This document shows, in pieces, positions 12,801 through 23,137 of a stretch of DNA of 64,000 nt. Each line of letters opens with the position of its first letter. Position 1 is the stretch's first letter. The position numbers and the translations under genes were made by a program. The notes under the pieces were generated by a model. That model was not told where the DNA came from, did no database searches, and saw only the letters and a list, made by a program, of their open reading frames with translations. This DNA comes from Eledone cirrhosa (lineage: Eukaryota): assembly GCA_964016885.1 (NCBI GenBank), contig OZ024746.1, positions 45,818,001 to 45,882,000 of the forward strand, in the 5' to 3' direction.

Positions 12801-13449
12801 TACAGGAGCAAATCATGGAATAGCTTAGATAGGGCTAGACATAAGATAGGGAAGGCCACATCATGGTACGACAACCAGAGATATCAGAGTGTCATGTTTG
12901 TGGACGCCACCCCTGGAGGGAAATTAGCTAACCAGTGTAGAAAGCCCCTGAGAAAGACCCACTTAAAAATAAAGGTGGTAGAAAAGCCAGGAACCACCAT
13001 AAAATCCCTGATCAGCAAAACCTACCCTTTTAAGAAAACCCACTGTACCAATAGGAAATGTATCATATGTAAGGTGAACCCCCGGATAAACTGTAAAACT
13101 AGAAACGTAGTCTATAGCATAAGATGTACAGAGGGTACTTGCAGAAACATGACAACAACATACATAGGTGAGACAGCTCGTAGCATAGGTGAAAGGATAG
13201 ACCAACACTGGGGGGGAACTAAAAGGACGAAAAAACGGGTCAGTACTATACGAACATGCTAGACAACAACATGACGGTAACATAGACAACATAGAAATTA
13301 GAATAATATCTAAACATAGGAATGACCCAGCAGATAGGCAAATCAGAGAGGCCAGTGAAATAGAAATTAGAAGACCAAAGCTAAACAGAAAGAATGAGTG
13401 GAACAACAACAACACCCAAACAAACAACACTGACCTAAGAGAAGTATAA
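9822..13449 (+). CDS. PLE RT + GIY-YIG protein (Cys-linker, Neptune/Nematis-like); one extra G at 13210-13216 truncates the endonuclease at 13262
   Basis: TDKSG, PPLYGLRKDHK, TRPVC, MDVVSLYPSI, QNEGAAIG, RYVDD, LPVLD, CTNRKCIIC, VVY...YIGETARSIGERI. Removing one G restores HWGELKGRKNGSVLYEHA...RQIREA...LNRKNEW to TAA at 13449. Confidence 0.93.
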
Positions 13450-13708
13450 ATAAGTAAATAAAATTAAATAAAATAAGATAAATAAATACATACACAAGCA
13501 CATAAACACACACTAGTCACCCAGCAGACACAACACTATACACACTAGTCACACATCACACATAACACTATACACACACGCAAACGCATGCGCAAAGAAG
13601 ACAAAATAAAATAAGATAAACAAACAAGCAAATAAATAAATAAATATATAGACAGACTGAACAAAAAAAAAATGGCGTAGACATACAACACAACAGGAGG
13701 AACAATGA

Positions 13709-13765
13709 ATATAACACCACTGATGATGTTGCAGATGTGCAACGAAAGATTTATGTAAATTATGT
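13709..13765 (+). ncRNA. Hammerhead ribozyme in PLE-B 3' pLTR
   Basis: atataa cac ca CTGATGA t gttgca-gatg-tgcaac GAAA gatt TA tg taaa ttatgt. It differs from the 8359 copy at variable core position N7. Confidence 0.78.
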
Positions 13766-13975
13766 AAACTATATATATGTGTTTGTGTCTATATTGTATC
13801 TGTATTATTTTTGACCGCCGGTCAGTCAATGGCAACATTGAGGACCGAGTAAGTTAGATCGCAGATATATATATATAAAAGACAGCGAGAAGCGAAAACC
13901 AACCAAACAGTGAGTGTGTTCTGTTATTAATTCTGGCAATATTACGCAAATATGACCCTCCCCAAATATAACAAC

Positions 13976-14010
<35 letters not shown>

Positions 14011-14013
14011 CAC

Positions 14014-14054
<41 letters not shown>

Positions 14055-14102
14055 TATATACATATATATATATATACATATATATACATATATATACATA
14101 TA

Positions 14103-14491
14103 TCATCATCATCATCATCAACGTTTAACGTCCGTGTTCCACGCTTGCATGGGTTTGGACGGGGGTAGTCCAACTTGAGGCAAGAGTGATTGTCTTGCTC
14201 GCATAGGACTGTCTGGCAGGTTTTCTACAGTTGGATGCCCTTCCTAACACCAACCACATTTACAGTGTGGGTCTGGGAGGTTTTTACCGTGTTGCCTACA
14301 CGGCCACATTACAGCGTGGACTGTGTGTTTTTTTGTCGTGACACCTACACGATCTCATTTGTTTCGGCCTCGATGGCGCGGCACCAACATAACTTTACAT
14401 AGAACGGGGTGGTGTGGATGGGGTGGGGGTGGTGGTGGTGGGACGGGGTGTATTTTGTTAGAGATGCCTACTGGCTGGAGTAGGTTTTACT
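14103..14491 (-). mobile_element. RTE-A 3' UTR-only insertion
   Basis: (GAT)n tail plus a 3' UTR near-identical to 14913-15308. Flanked by (TA)n. Confidence 0.93.
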
Positions 14492-14515
14492 ATATAATAT
14501 ATATACATATACACA

Positions 14516-14585
<70 letters not shown>

Positions 14586-14912
14586 CATATATATACATAT
14601 ATATATATACATATATATATATATACATATATATATATACTTATATATATATACATATATATATATACATATATATACATATATATATACATAGTTAAAA
14701 GAATAGAGGCGTAACACACCAGTTATTATATATTGGTAAACGGAATAGAAAATGCTGATAAATGCTGATATATATATTTATACATATATATATATATACA
14801 CATATATATATATACACATATCTATATATACACATATATATATATACACATATATATATATACACATATATATATATATATACATATATATATACATATA
14901 TATATATACATA

Positions 14913-17061
14913 TCATCATCATCATCATCATCAGCGTTTAACGTCCGTGTTCCACGCTTGCATGGGTTTGGACGGGGGTAGTCCCACTTGAGGCAAGAGT
15001 GATTGTCTTGCTCGCATAGGACTGTCTGGCAGGTTTTCTACAGTTGGATGCCCTTCCTAACACCAACCACATTTACAGTGTGGGTCTGGGAGGTTTTTAC
15101 CGTGTTGCCTACACGGCCACATTACAGCGTGGACTGTGTGTTTTTTTGTCGTGACACCTACACGATCTCATTTGTTTCGGCCTCGATGGCGCGGCACCAA
15201 CATAACTTTACATAGAACGGGGTGGTGTGGATCGGGTGGGGGTGGTGGTGGTGGGACGGGGTGTATTTTGTTAGAGATGCCTACTGGCTGGAGTAGGTTT
15301 TACTATATATTTAGGTAAGGCGGGTCTTCTCTGTTACTGAGTACCGCCAAAGGTCTCGGTCCAGTGACATTGTCTTGGAGAGGTGTAAGTGTGTGATGTC
15401 GGAGTTTATCAGCTCGTCCCAGGTTTTTCTAGGTCTGCCTATTCCGTGACTACCGTCTGTCTTTATTGCCCTGCACTTTGTTATACAGCTATCGACTTTC
15501 ATGCGCATCACGTGTCCATACCAACGTAGCCTTCTCTCGAGTAAACAACATCTGATCCCTCTTATCTCTAATTTTTTCCTTAGTTCGTTTATGCTTTGCC
15601 GTTCACGTATATTACTGTTACACATCCAGCGGAGCATGCAAGCTTCGTTCCTCTCTAGTCTGCGTATATCCTCTGCACACAATGCCCAGGTCTCACTGCC
15701 ATGCAGCATTGCTGTTCGTATGCAGGCATCGTACAACCTGCCTTTCATTTTTAGTGAGAACCCTTTAGCAGCTAATAGTGGTATAAGCTCTCTGAACTTT
15801 TTCCAACCAGTTCTGGCTCTAGCTACAGTACTTTCAGAGCACCCTCCCCCACTGCTGATTTTATCGCCCAGGTAACGGAAGCTGTCCACTATTTCTATAG
15901 AACCCTCTGCGCAATTGAAAGAGCTAGTAGTTTGTGGGCACTTGCTGCTACTTATTGCACCAGAGCACCGGCCACATGTAAAATCTATGTTCTTAGTTAG
16001 CTTACCTGTGATCCCACTACATCTTTTATGCACCCATACTTTGCATTTAGGACATAAAATGGAGTTTCTACCTACGCCTTTACTACACACCGAGCACGAC
16101 CATTTCCCAGAAGGGACCGCCGCCTTGTTTTCTTTCCTACAAACTAGTACTTTGGTCTTAGCCAGGTTAATTTTAAGTCCTTTTGACTCTAGGCCGTGCT
16201 TCCATGTTTGGAATTTCTTCTCTAGCTCGGCCATTGATTCCGCTATGAGTGTCAGGTCGTCTGCGTATAGGAGTTCCCATGGGCAGCCTGTCTTGAACTC
16301 CTCTGTTATAGCCTGAAGGGCAATAATAAATAGTAGTGGACTGAGAACAGAGCCCTGATGGACGCCAACTTTTACGCTAAACTCTTCACTATATTCGTTG
16401 TTAATTCTAACCTTGCTGACTGTTTCTTTATACATGGCTTGTATAGCCCTCACAAGCCATTCGTCAACGCCTAGTTTTCTAAGAGCCCACCAGATAATGG
16501 AGCGGGGGACTCTGTCGAAGGCTTTCTCCAAGTCGACAAAAGCTAAGTAGAGGGGTTTACCTTTAGCTAGGTACTTCTCCTGTAGTTGTCGTACTATGAA
16601 AAGAGCGTCTGTGGTACTTTTGCCTGACACAAACCCGAACTGCATTTCATCTAGGTCAATTCTCTCTCTGATTAGTTGCGCTATTACTTTTTCCGTGACC
16701 TTCATGACCTGGTCGATTAATTTAATGCCTCTATAGTTACTCCTATCTAGGGCGTCTCCTTTACCCTTATAACAGTTAACGATGATGCTGCTATGCCAGT
16801 CCTTCGGAACAACCCCATTCTGTACGACTTGGTTAACTATGCGGGTGACCATGGTGTGTCCCACCGTGCCAGATGCCTTCAGCATCTCAGCAACTATTTC
16901 CGAAGGCCCAGCCGCCTTACCAGTCTTCATATCCTTGATTGCCTTACTTATTATACTCCCCTCGACTAACACTGCTGGTCCCTCTATTGGGTCGATATGG
17001 GGGAGACTGCCTTTCTCCCAATTATTCTCCTCATTTAGTAGCCTTTCATAGTGACACTTCC
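14913..17061 (-). mobile_element. RTE-A, 5'-truncated (open RT + PHD + C-terminus, 15311-17061)
   Basis: [37 protein letters not shown]4HC3 cluster, WYGHVMR. The N-terminal 'YIYI' part of the called ORF is microsatellite. Confidence 0.95.
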
Positions 17062-17093
<32 letters not shown>

Positions 17094-17140
17094 GTGTATA
17101 TATATATATGTATATATATGTATATATATATATATGTATA

Positions 17141-17208
<68 letters not shown>

Positions 17209-17227
17209 CATATATATACATATATAC

Positions 17228-17262
<35 letters not shown>

Positions 17263-17283
17263 CATATATATACATATATATAC

Positions 17284-17316
<33 letters not shown>

Positions 17317-17369
17317 CATATATATACATATATATATATATACATATATATACATATATATATATACAC

Positions 17370-17422
<53 letters not shown>

Positions 17423-17803
17423 CATATATATACATATATATACATATATATACATATATATACATATATATATATATATATGTATATACATATATATATG
17501 AAAATATGGGTGAGAAGAATACTGCTGGTTGCACATGGATAACATGTTATAAAATGAGTCCCTCATCAGTGATTTACCAAACGATCATGGGTATTTCATC
17601 GCATTAAAAATCATATACCTCACGTTGGAGCGATAATAACTAAAATAAGTTATTAGGACAATAGAAACGCGTAAAGCGAGTGAGACAAGTAAACAACACA
17701 GGGGGAAGCTAACCGAAGATGGAAATAAACACAAGCAACATAGTTATTCTTTCAGCATAACAGAGCTTTCGCTAGTGAATCCGGTGTTAGAAAGAATGAA
17801 AAC

Positions 17804-17850
<47 letters not shown>

Positions 17851-17889
17851 CAAATATATATACATATATATACATATATATATATATAC

Positions 17890-18230
17890 ATGGAGGCACA
17901 TGGCTTAGTGGTTAGAGGATTGGCCTTGCAATCGAAAGGTTGTGAGTTCAATTCTCAGACCGGGTGATGTGTTGTTTCCTTGAGCAAGACACTTTATTTC
18001 ACATTGCTCCAGTTTACTCAGCTGTAGAAATGAGATGATAGGGACTCCAGTCCCTATCATTCCACTGCAAAGTGGTTGTGGAGGTGCCACGGCAAAAAAG
18101 CACCCAGCACTCACTGTAAATGAGGTTGGTGTTAGGAAGGGCATCCAGCTGTAGAAATCAAGCCAGAATCAGTTCCCGTCCCACCCTTGCAAGCAGGGAA
18201 AAAGCGGACGTAAAATGAAATGAAATGATG
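17890..18230 (+). mobile_element. tRNA-derived CORE-like SINE with RTE-derived 3' tail
   Basis: A box TGGCTTAGTGG, B box GAGTTCAATTC and CORE-like CCTTGAGCAAGACACTT. The 3' part matches the RTE-B 3' UTR (GTAAATGAGGTTGGTGTTAGGAAGGGCATCCAGCTGTAGAAATCAAGCCAGA). Confidence 0.88.
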
Positions 18231-18396
18231 ATATATATATACATATATATACATATATATATACATATACATATATTTATATACATATATATATATATAC
18301 ATATATACATATATATATACATATATATATATATACACATATATATATATATATACATATATACATATATATATACATATATATATATATATACAC

Positions 18397-18429
<33 letters not shown>

Positions 18430-18470
18430 CACATATATATATATACATATATATACATATATATATATAC

Positions 18471-19078
18471 ATAAATTCCGACCTCACACGCTTACACCTC
18501 TCCAAGACAATGTCACTGGACCGAGACCTTTGGCGGTACTCAGTAATAGAGAAGACACGCCTTACCTAAATACAAAGTAAAAACCTACTACAGTCAGTAG
18601 GCATCTCTATCAAAACACACCCCCGTCCCACCACCCTCCACCCCACCCACACCGCCCCTTTCAATGTAAAGTTATGTTGGTCCCACAACATCCAGGCCGA
18701 AACAAATGAGATCGTGTAGGTGTCACGACAAAAAACACACAGTCCACGCTGTAAATGTGGCCGTGTAGGCAACACGGTAAAAACCTCCCAGCCCCACACT
18801 GTAAATGTGGTTGGTGTTAGGAAGGGCATCCAGCTGTAGAAAACCCGCCAGACAGTCCACGCTGTAATGTGGCCGTGTAGGCAACACGGTAAAAACCTCC
18901 CAGCCCCACACTGTAAATGTGGTTGGTGTTAGGAAGGGCATCCAACTGTAGAAAACCCGCCAGACAGTCCTATGCGAGCAAGACAACCACTCTTGCCTCA
19001 AGTGGGAAAACCCCCGTCCAAACCCATGCAAGCGTGGAACACGGACGCTAAACCTGATGATGATGATGATGATGATGA
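18471..19078 (+). mobile_element. RTE-A 3' fragment with about 112-bp tandem duplication in the 3' UTR
   Basis: ORF end [12 protein letters not shown]...RLT*, duplicated unit bounded by ACAGTCC, (GAT)n tail. Confidence 0.92.
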
Positions 19079-19091
19079 TATATATATATAC

Positions 19092-19254
<163 letters not shown>

Positions 19255-19293
19255 CATATATATACATATACATATATATAAATATATATATAC

Positions 19294-19338
<45 letters not shown>

Positions 19339-19411
19339 CACATATATATACATATATATATACATATATATATACATATATATACATATATATATACATA
19401 TATATATATAC

Positions 19412-19462
<51 letters not shown>

Positions 19463-19469
19463 TAAATAC

Positions 19470-19504
<35 letters not shown>

Positions 19505-19575
19505 CATATATAAATACATATATATATATATACATATATATAGATATACATATATATATATATACATATATATAT

Positions 19576-19937
19576 ATCTAACAAAATACACCCCGTCCCG
19601 CCACCACCCCCACCCCATCCACACCACCCCGTTCTATGTAAAGTTATGTTGGTGCCGCACCATCCAGGCCGAAACAATTGAGATCGTGTAGGTGTCACGA
19701 CAAAAAACACACAGTCCACGCTGTAATGTGGCCGTGAAGGCAACACGGTAAAAACCTCCCAGACCCACACTGTAAATGTGGTTGGTGTTAGGAAGGGCAT
19801 CCAACTGTAGAAAACCTGCCAGACAGTCCTATGCGAGCAAGACAATCACTCTTGCCTCAAGTGGGACTACCCCCGTCCAAACCCATGCAAGCGTGGAACA
19901 CGGACGTTAAACGTTGATGATGATGATGATGATGATG
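19576..19937 (+). mobile_element. RTE-A 3' UTR insertion
   Basis: Reverse complement of 14103-14463, with a (GAT)n tail. Confidence 0.92.
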
Positions 19938-19999
19938 ATATATATATATATACATATAAATACATATATATATACATACATATATACATATATAAATAC

Positions 20000-20790
20000 A
20001 TAACTTTGAATAACTTTGAAATATTTTGGCCAGTATTGGACCAGGCCATGTCTAACTTAATAGCACCACCTGGCGAAGTCTTTCAATTCAGGATTTGGGC
20101 ACCATGGCCCGAGAAGAGAATTACTGTTTGCGGAGACATATCCGGGTGTGGGTGGTTTGTCCGGGACTACCTGGAGGAATTTGTCCAAAGACTTCTTGAA
20201 TTTTGTGTGGTCAGTTTCTGTTTTGACGTGTCCTGGTGTGATGTTGAAGAGAGCAGGGCCAATTGAGCTGAAATAATTGTGCCGTATTGTTGTTATGAGT
20301 TGCGATTTAGATTTTTGTTTGGGACGGATAGCACGGGGCCCAAGCCTTGTGTGTATTTTGAAGGTCCAAGCCTTGCGTGTATTTTGAAGGTGATGCCAAC
20401 ATCATTTGGGCAGTGATGATGAAACATTTTCCACATCATGCAGATAATATAACGCTCACGGCGACGTTGGAGTGAGTAAAGTTTCAGCTTTTCTAGTCGA
20501 CCCCAGTAGTCAAGGTCTGACATGCCATCTATCTTTTTCGTGATTGCCCTTTGGGGAGCTTCAAGTTTCATGATACTTTGTTTCGTGTGGGGAGACCACA
20601 GTGGACAACAGTATTCAAGGTGTGGTCGGGCAAAAGTAGAGAAGAGAAGGATAATGGTGTGGGAATCTCTCGACTGGAAGGTTCTGAGGATCCAGGAACA
20701 CATTCTGCGGGCCATGTCAACTTTGCTGCTTATATGCGTGGCCCAGCTTATGTTGCTGTCCATGGTTACTCCCAAGTCTCTGATGTTGTT

Positions 20791-20792
<2 letters not shown>
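20000..20792 (-). mobile_element. CR1-group LINE 3' fragment
   Basis: IRDLGV...[14 protein letters not shown]...[10 protein letters not shown]...[18 protein letters not shown] 26-bp tandem duplication lies at 20340-20391 and the tail is (TTCAAAGTTA)x2. Confidence 0.88.
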
Positions 20793-20835
<43 letters not shown>

Positions 20836-20844
20836 GATATAAAG

Positions 20845-20891
<47 letters not shown>

Positions 20892-20898
20892 TATAAAG

Positions 20899-20937
<39 letters not shown>

Positions 20938-21020
20938 GGAGGTGAGTTTTATTGTAGTACAATAAAGCAATGCAGATATCGGATAAGAAGCACTCTACAG
21001 TTTGTAGGACTGGAGTATAC

Positions 21021-21356
21021 ATAATATAAGATCAAAAGATGGTTAAAGGAGTTCCATGTATTTTATTATGCGCATTTCAAAAACAAACATCATCATGCAA
21101 TAATATTTGTGTTTTCATCAGATAAAACAGGAGAACATGATATGAAGGCTAAAAAACACTTGTGGATAGTGCAGTTTTAAATCAACATATGTTGATTTAA
21201 AACTGCACTATCCACAAGTGTTTTTTAGCCTTCATATCATGTTCTCCTGTTTTATCTGATGAAAACACAAATATTATTGCATGATGATGTTTGTTTTTGA
21301 AATGCGCATAATAAAATACATGGAACTCCTTTAACCATCTTTTGATCTTATATTAT
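21021..21356. repeat. Perfect spacer-less palindrome, 168-bp arms, carrying a hammerhead in each arm
   Basis: Centre is CAACAT|ATGTTG at 21188/21189. The arms are reverse complements to the ends. Confidence 0.96.
21250..21316 (+). ncRNA. Type I hammerhead (mirror copy on minus strand at 21061-21127)
   Basis: ttttat CTGATGA aaaca...tgtttgttttt GAAA tgcgca TA ataaaa. Palindromic stem III ATGCGCAT. Confidence 0.85.
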
Positions 21357-21440
21357 ATATATATATATATATGTGTGTGTGTTTTGCAACGGGTCACTTT
21401 GTGGCTCAATAAAGAGTTAATAAATTAAATAATCAGAGCT

Positions 21441-21960
21441 ATATATCATAAAACATGTCTTTCTAGTAAAAAGCCTACCAGCCGTAAGCAACTAATCACA
21501 TCCTTTCTAACTTGACCGCTGCCACGTCACAATTCTTAGCCATTTTTGAATGTATTCTTGGCACGATCACTTTGGAAAATTAATTGTCTAAATTTGAGCT
21601 GACTCCTGAAGAGTCCGGTGCTCTAGATTTCCAATGTTATCGGATATCTTAAAATGCAGACGAAACCATGGTAGAGGTAACTAAATATGTTCACTTTTCT
21701 TCGAGTTTATTTTACACCTAATTCTGTTTAGTTGACTGTATATCTGGTCGATTTATACACGCTGTCGAAATACTCGATAAATACTCCGTCGCAACCGCCG
21801 CGAAGGGCTGCTTTCGGTTATTTGTCTGAGATTTATTCATAGGAGCCTTTATTCTTATAGCTTGGTCCAATTGATTTTTTATATAGTTAATTATGCTAAT
21901 TGGGAGAGGAAACGCTATATATTTTATCTGGTGATTCTATAGACATGTTTTATGATATAT
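21441..21960 (+). mobile_element. Short non-coding HHR-bearing element with 20-bp inverted termini
   Basis: ATATATCATAAAACATGTCT (21441-21460) / AGACATGTTTTATGATATAT (21941-21960). Internal HHR; ends in (TA)n. Confidence 0.75.
21603..21676 (+). ncRNA. Type I hammerhead with enlarged loop II
   Basis: ctc CTGAAGA gtc...gac GAAA ccatgg TA gag. Palindromic stem III ACCATGGT. Confidence 0.87.
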
Positions 21961-22084
21961 ACATATATATACATATATATATACATATATATATACACAC
22001 ATATATATATATACACATATATAAATATATATATATATATTATAGATAACGAGGAATCAGTGATGCATTAGAACGAAATTTATT

Positions 22085-22178
22085 AACATATTACATATGT
22101 TTCTCCGATGATCAGTTCAGGGCAGGATCTATTATAGATCGAACCTGACTCTGCATTCGCAAGGTCCTGAGATATGTT
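22085..22178 (-). ncRNA. Degenerate hammerhead (G5>C) with branched loop II
   Basis: Minus strand: aacatat CTCAGGA cc...tcagg..gatct-ataat-agatc..cctga...gga GAAA catatg TA atatgtt. Perfect 7-bp stem I and palindrome ACATATGT. Confidence 0.72.
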
Positions 22179-22269
22179 TATCGTTTTCAAGGCATTTCTG
22201 CATACTGACAATATTCTGTCCGTTTCAACCCCATCAATTGACATCATCCTGTTTATGCGGCTTACTAGT

Positions 22270-22570
22270 ATGGAAAATGTTAAATAATGAAGATGATAAA
22301 TGTATGTAGGCCAGTAACAAAGGTTTATTGTCACATAAAGTTGTCTCATTGAATAGCAATAAAAATTCAGTGGTTTCCAAATCACTACAATCTTTTATTT
22401 CAATGTCATTTGCTGTTTTGTCTATTCTTAATATTGAACTATTGCTGAAAGGAATTAGTGACATATAACTTTTACTATGGCCTTTCATAGACTTTAGAAC
22501 TTCATTTAGAGCTGGTAATATGATAATTTTGCCAATAGTGTGTGATTTAACTCTTTCAATACCAAACTGC
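22270..22570 (-). pseudogene. hAT (Buster/Charlie-like) transposase fragment
   Basis: KSHTIGKIIILPAL...IPFSNSSILRIDKTANDIE resembles the KPHTIGE.LILPA...IPLSN.T..RRI motif of ZBED5/Buster transposases. Confidence 0.7.
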
Positions 22571-22650
22571 CTGAAACTGCCCCAGGCTCTATGATACACA
22601 ACAAAGTATTTGTTTTATCTAAAAACGTTCCATCATAATTTTATGTAGTT

Positions 22651-23137
22651 TATACTCAAATATAAGCTGATGCAAATATAAGTCAACCCTTATTTTAAGT
22701 CTGAGAAATAGGCAAAAGTCTAAACCCCATTTATAAGATGATGCAAGTAGTCAATACATTATGTTTAGATAGTGTGATTTTGAAATTCACATGAAGTTTT
22801 AATAATATGATATTTAAAATGTTTTTAAGTGTTGTTTAGTGTCTAGTTTGTTTCACAACTCCATTATGTAATGATTTTTTTATCAATTTCCAATTCCTTT
22901 GAAAGCCATATTCATTCATAACATATCAAAAACAATAGGAAATATAAATTTCACATCGAAAGTGAAACTGGTGATATATTCACCTCCAAAACAAAAAATA
23001 TTTCAGCACATCATTTATGCAGAATATTGAAGTTGGGGAAAATTGGCAAAATATTAACCTCGAATATAAGTCAAACCCCATTTTACTATTGATAATTTTG
23101 TCACATATTTCTCAGCTTATATATGAATATATATGGT
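22651..23137. mobile_element. MITE with TATACTC(G/A)AATATAAG-type termini (related copies about 24190-24386 and 42955-43135)
   Basis: tatactcaaatataagctga ... tcagcttatatatgaatata inverted ends, with internal sub-repeats of the terminal motif. Confidence 0.7.

Larger units (their letters stand above)
8106..13975 (+). mobile_element. Penelope-like element family B: full-length copy (9694-13975) preceded by an inverted partial copy (8106-9697)
   Basis: 8106-9697 is the reverse complement of the ORF 3' part + pLTR + ORF start. The junction has a 4-nt AGTC microhomology (9694-9697). 9694-9844 is directly repeated at about 13824-13974. Both ends lie in (TA)n. Confidence 0.95.

Noticed and set aside
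17555-17610. Hammerhead using CTGATGA on the minus strand
   Set aside because: No compatible stem II or correctly placed GAAA/UH in any topology tried.
17892-17965. tRNA gene
   Set aside because: A/B boxes are present but it continues into a CORE-like domain and LINE tail, so it is a SINE head.
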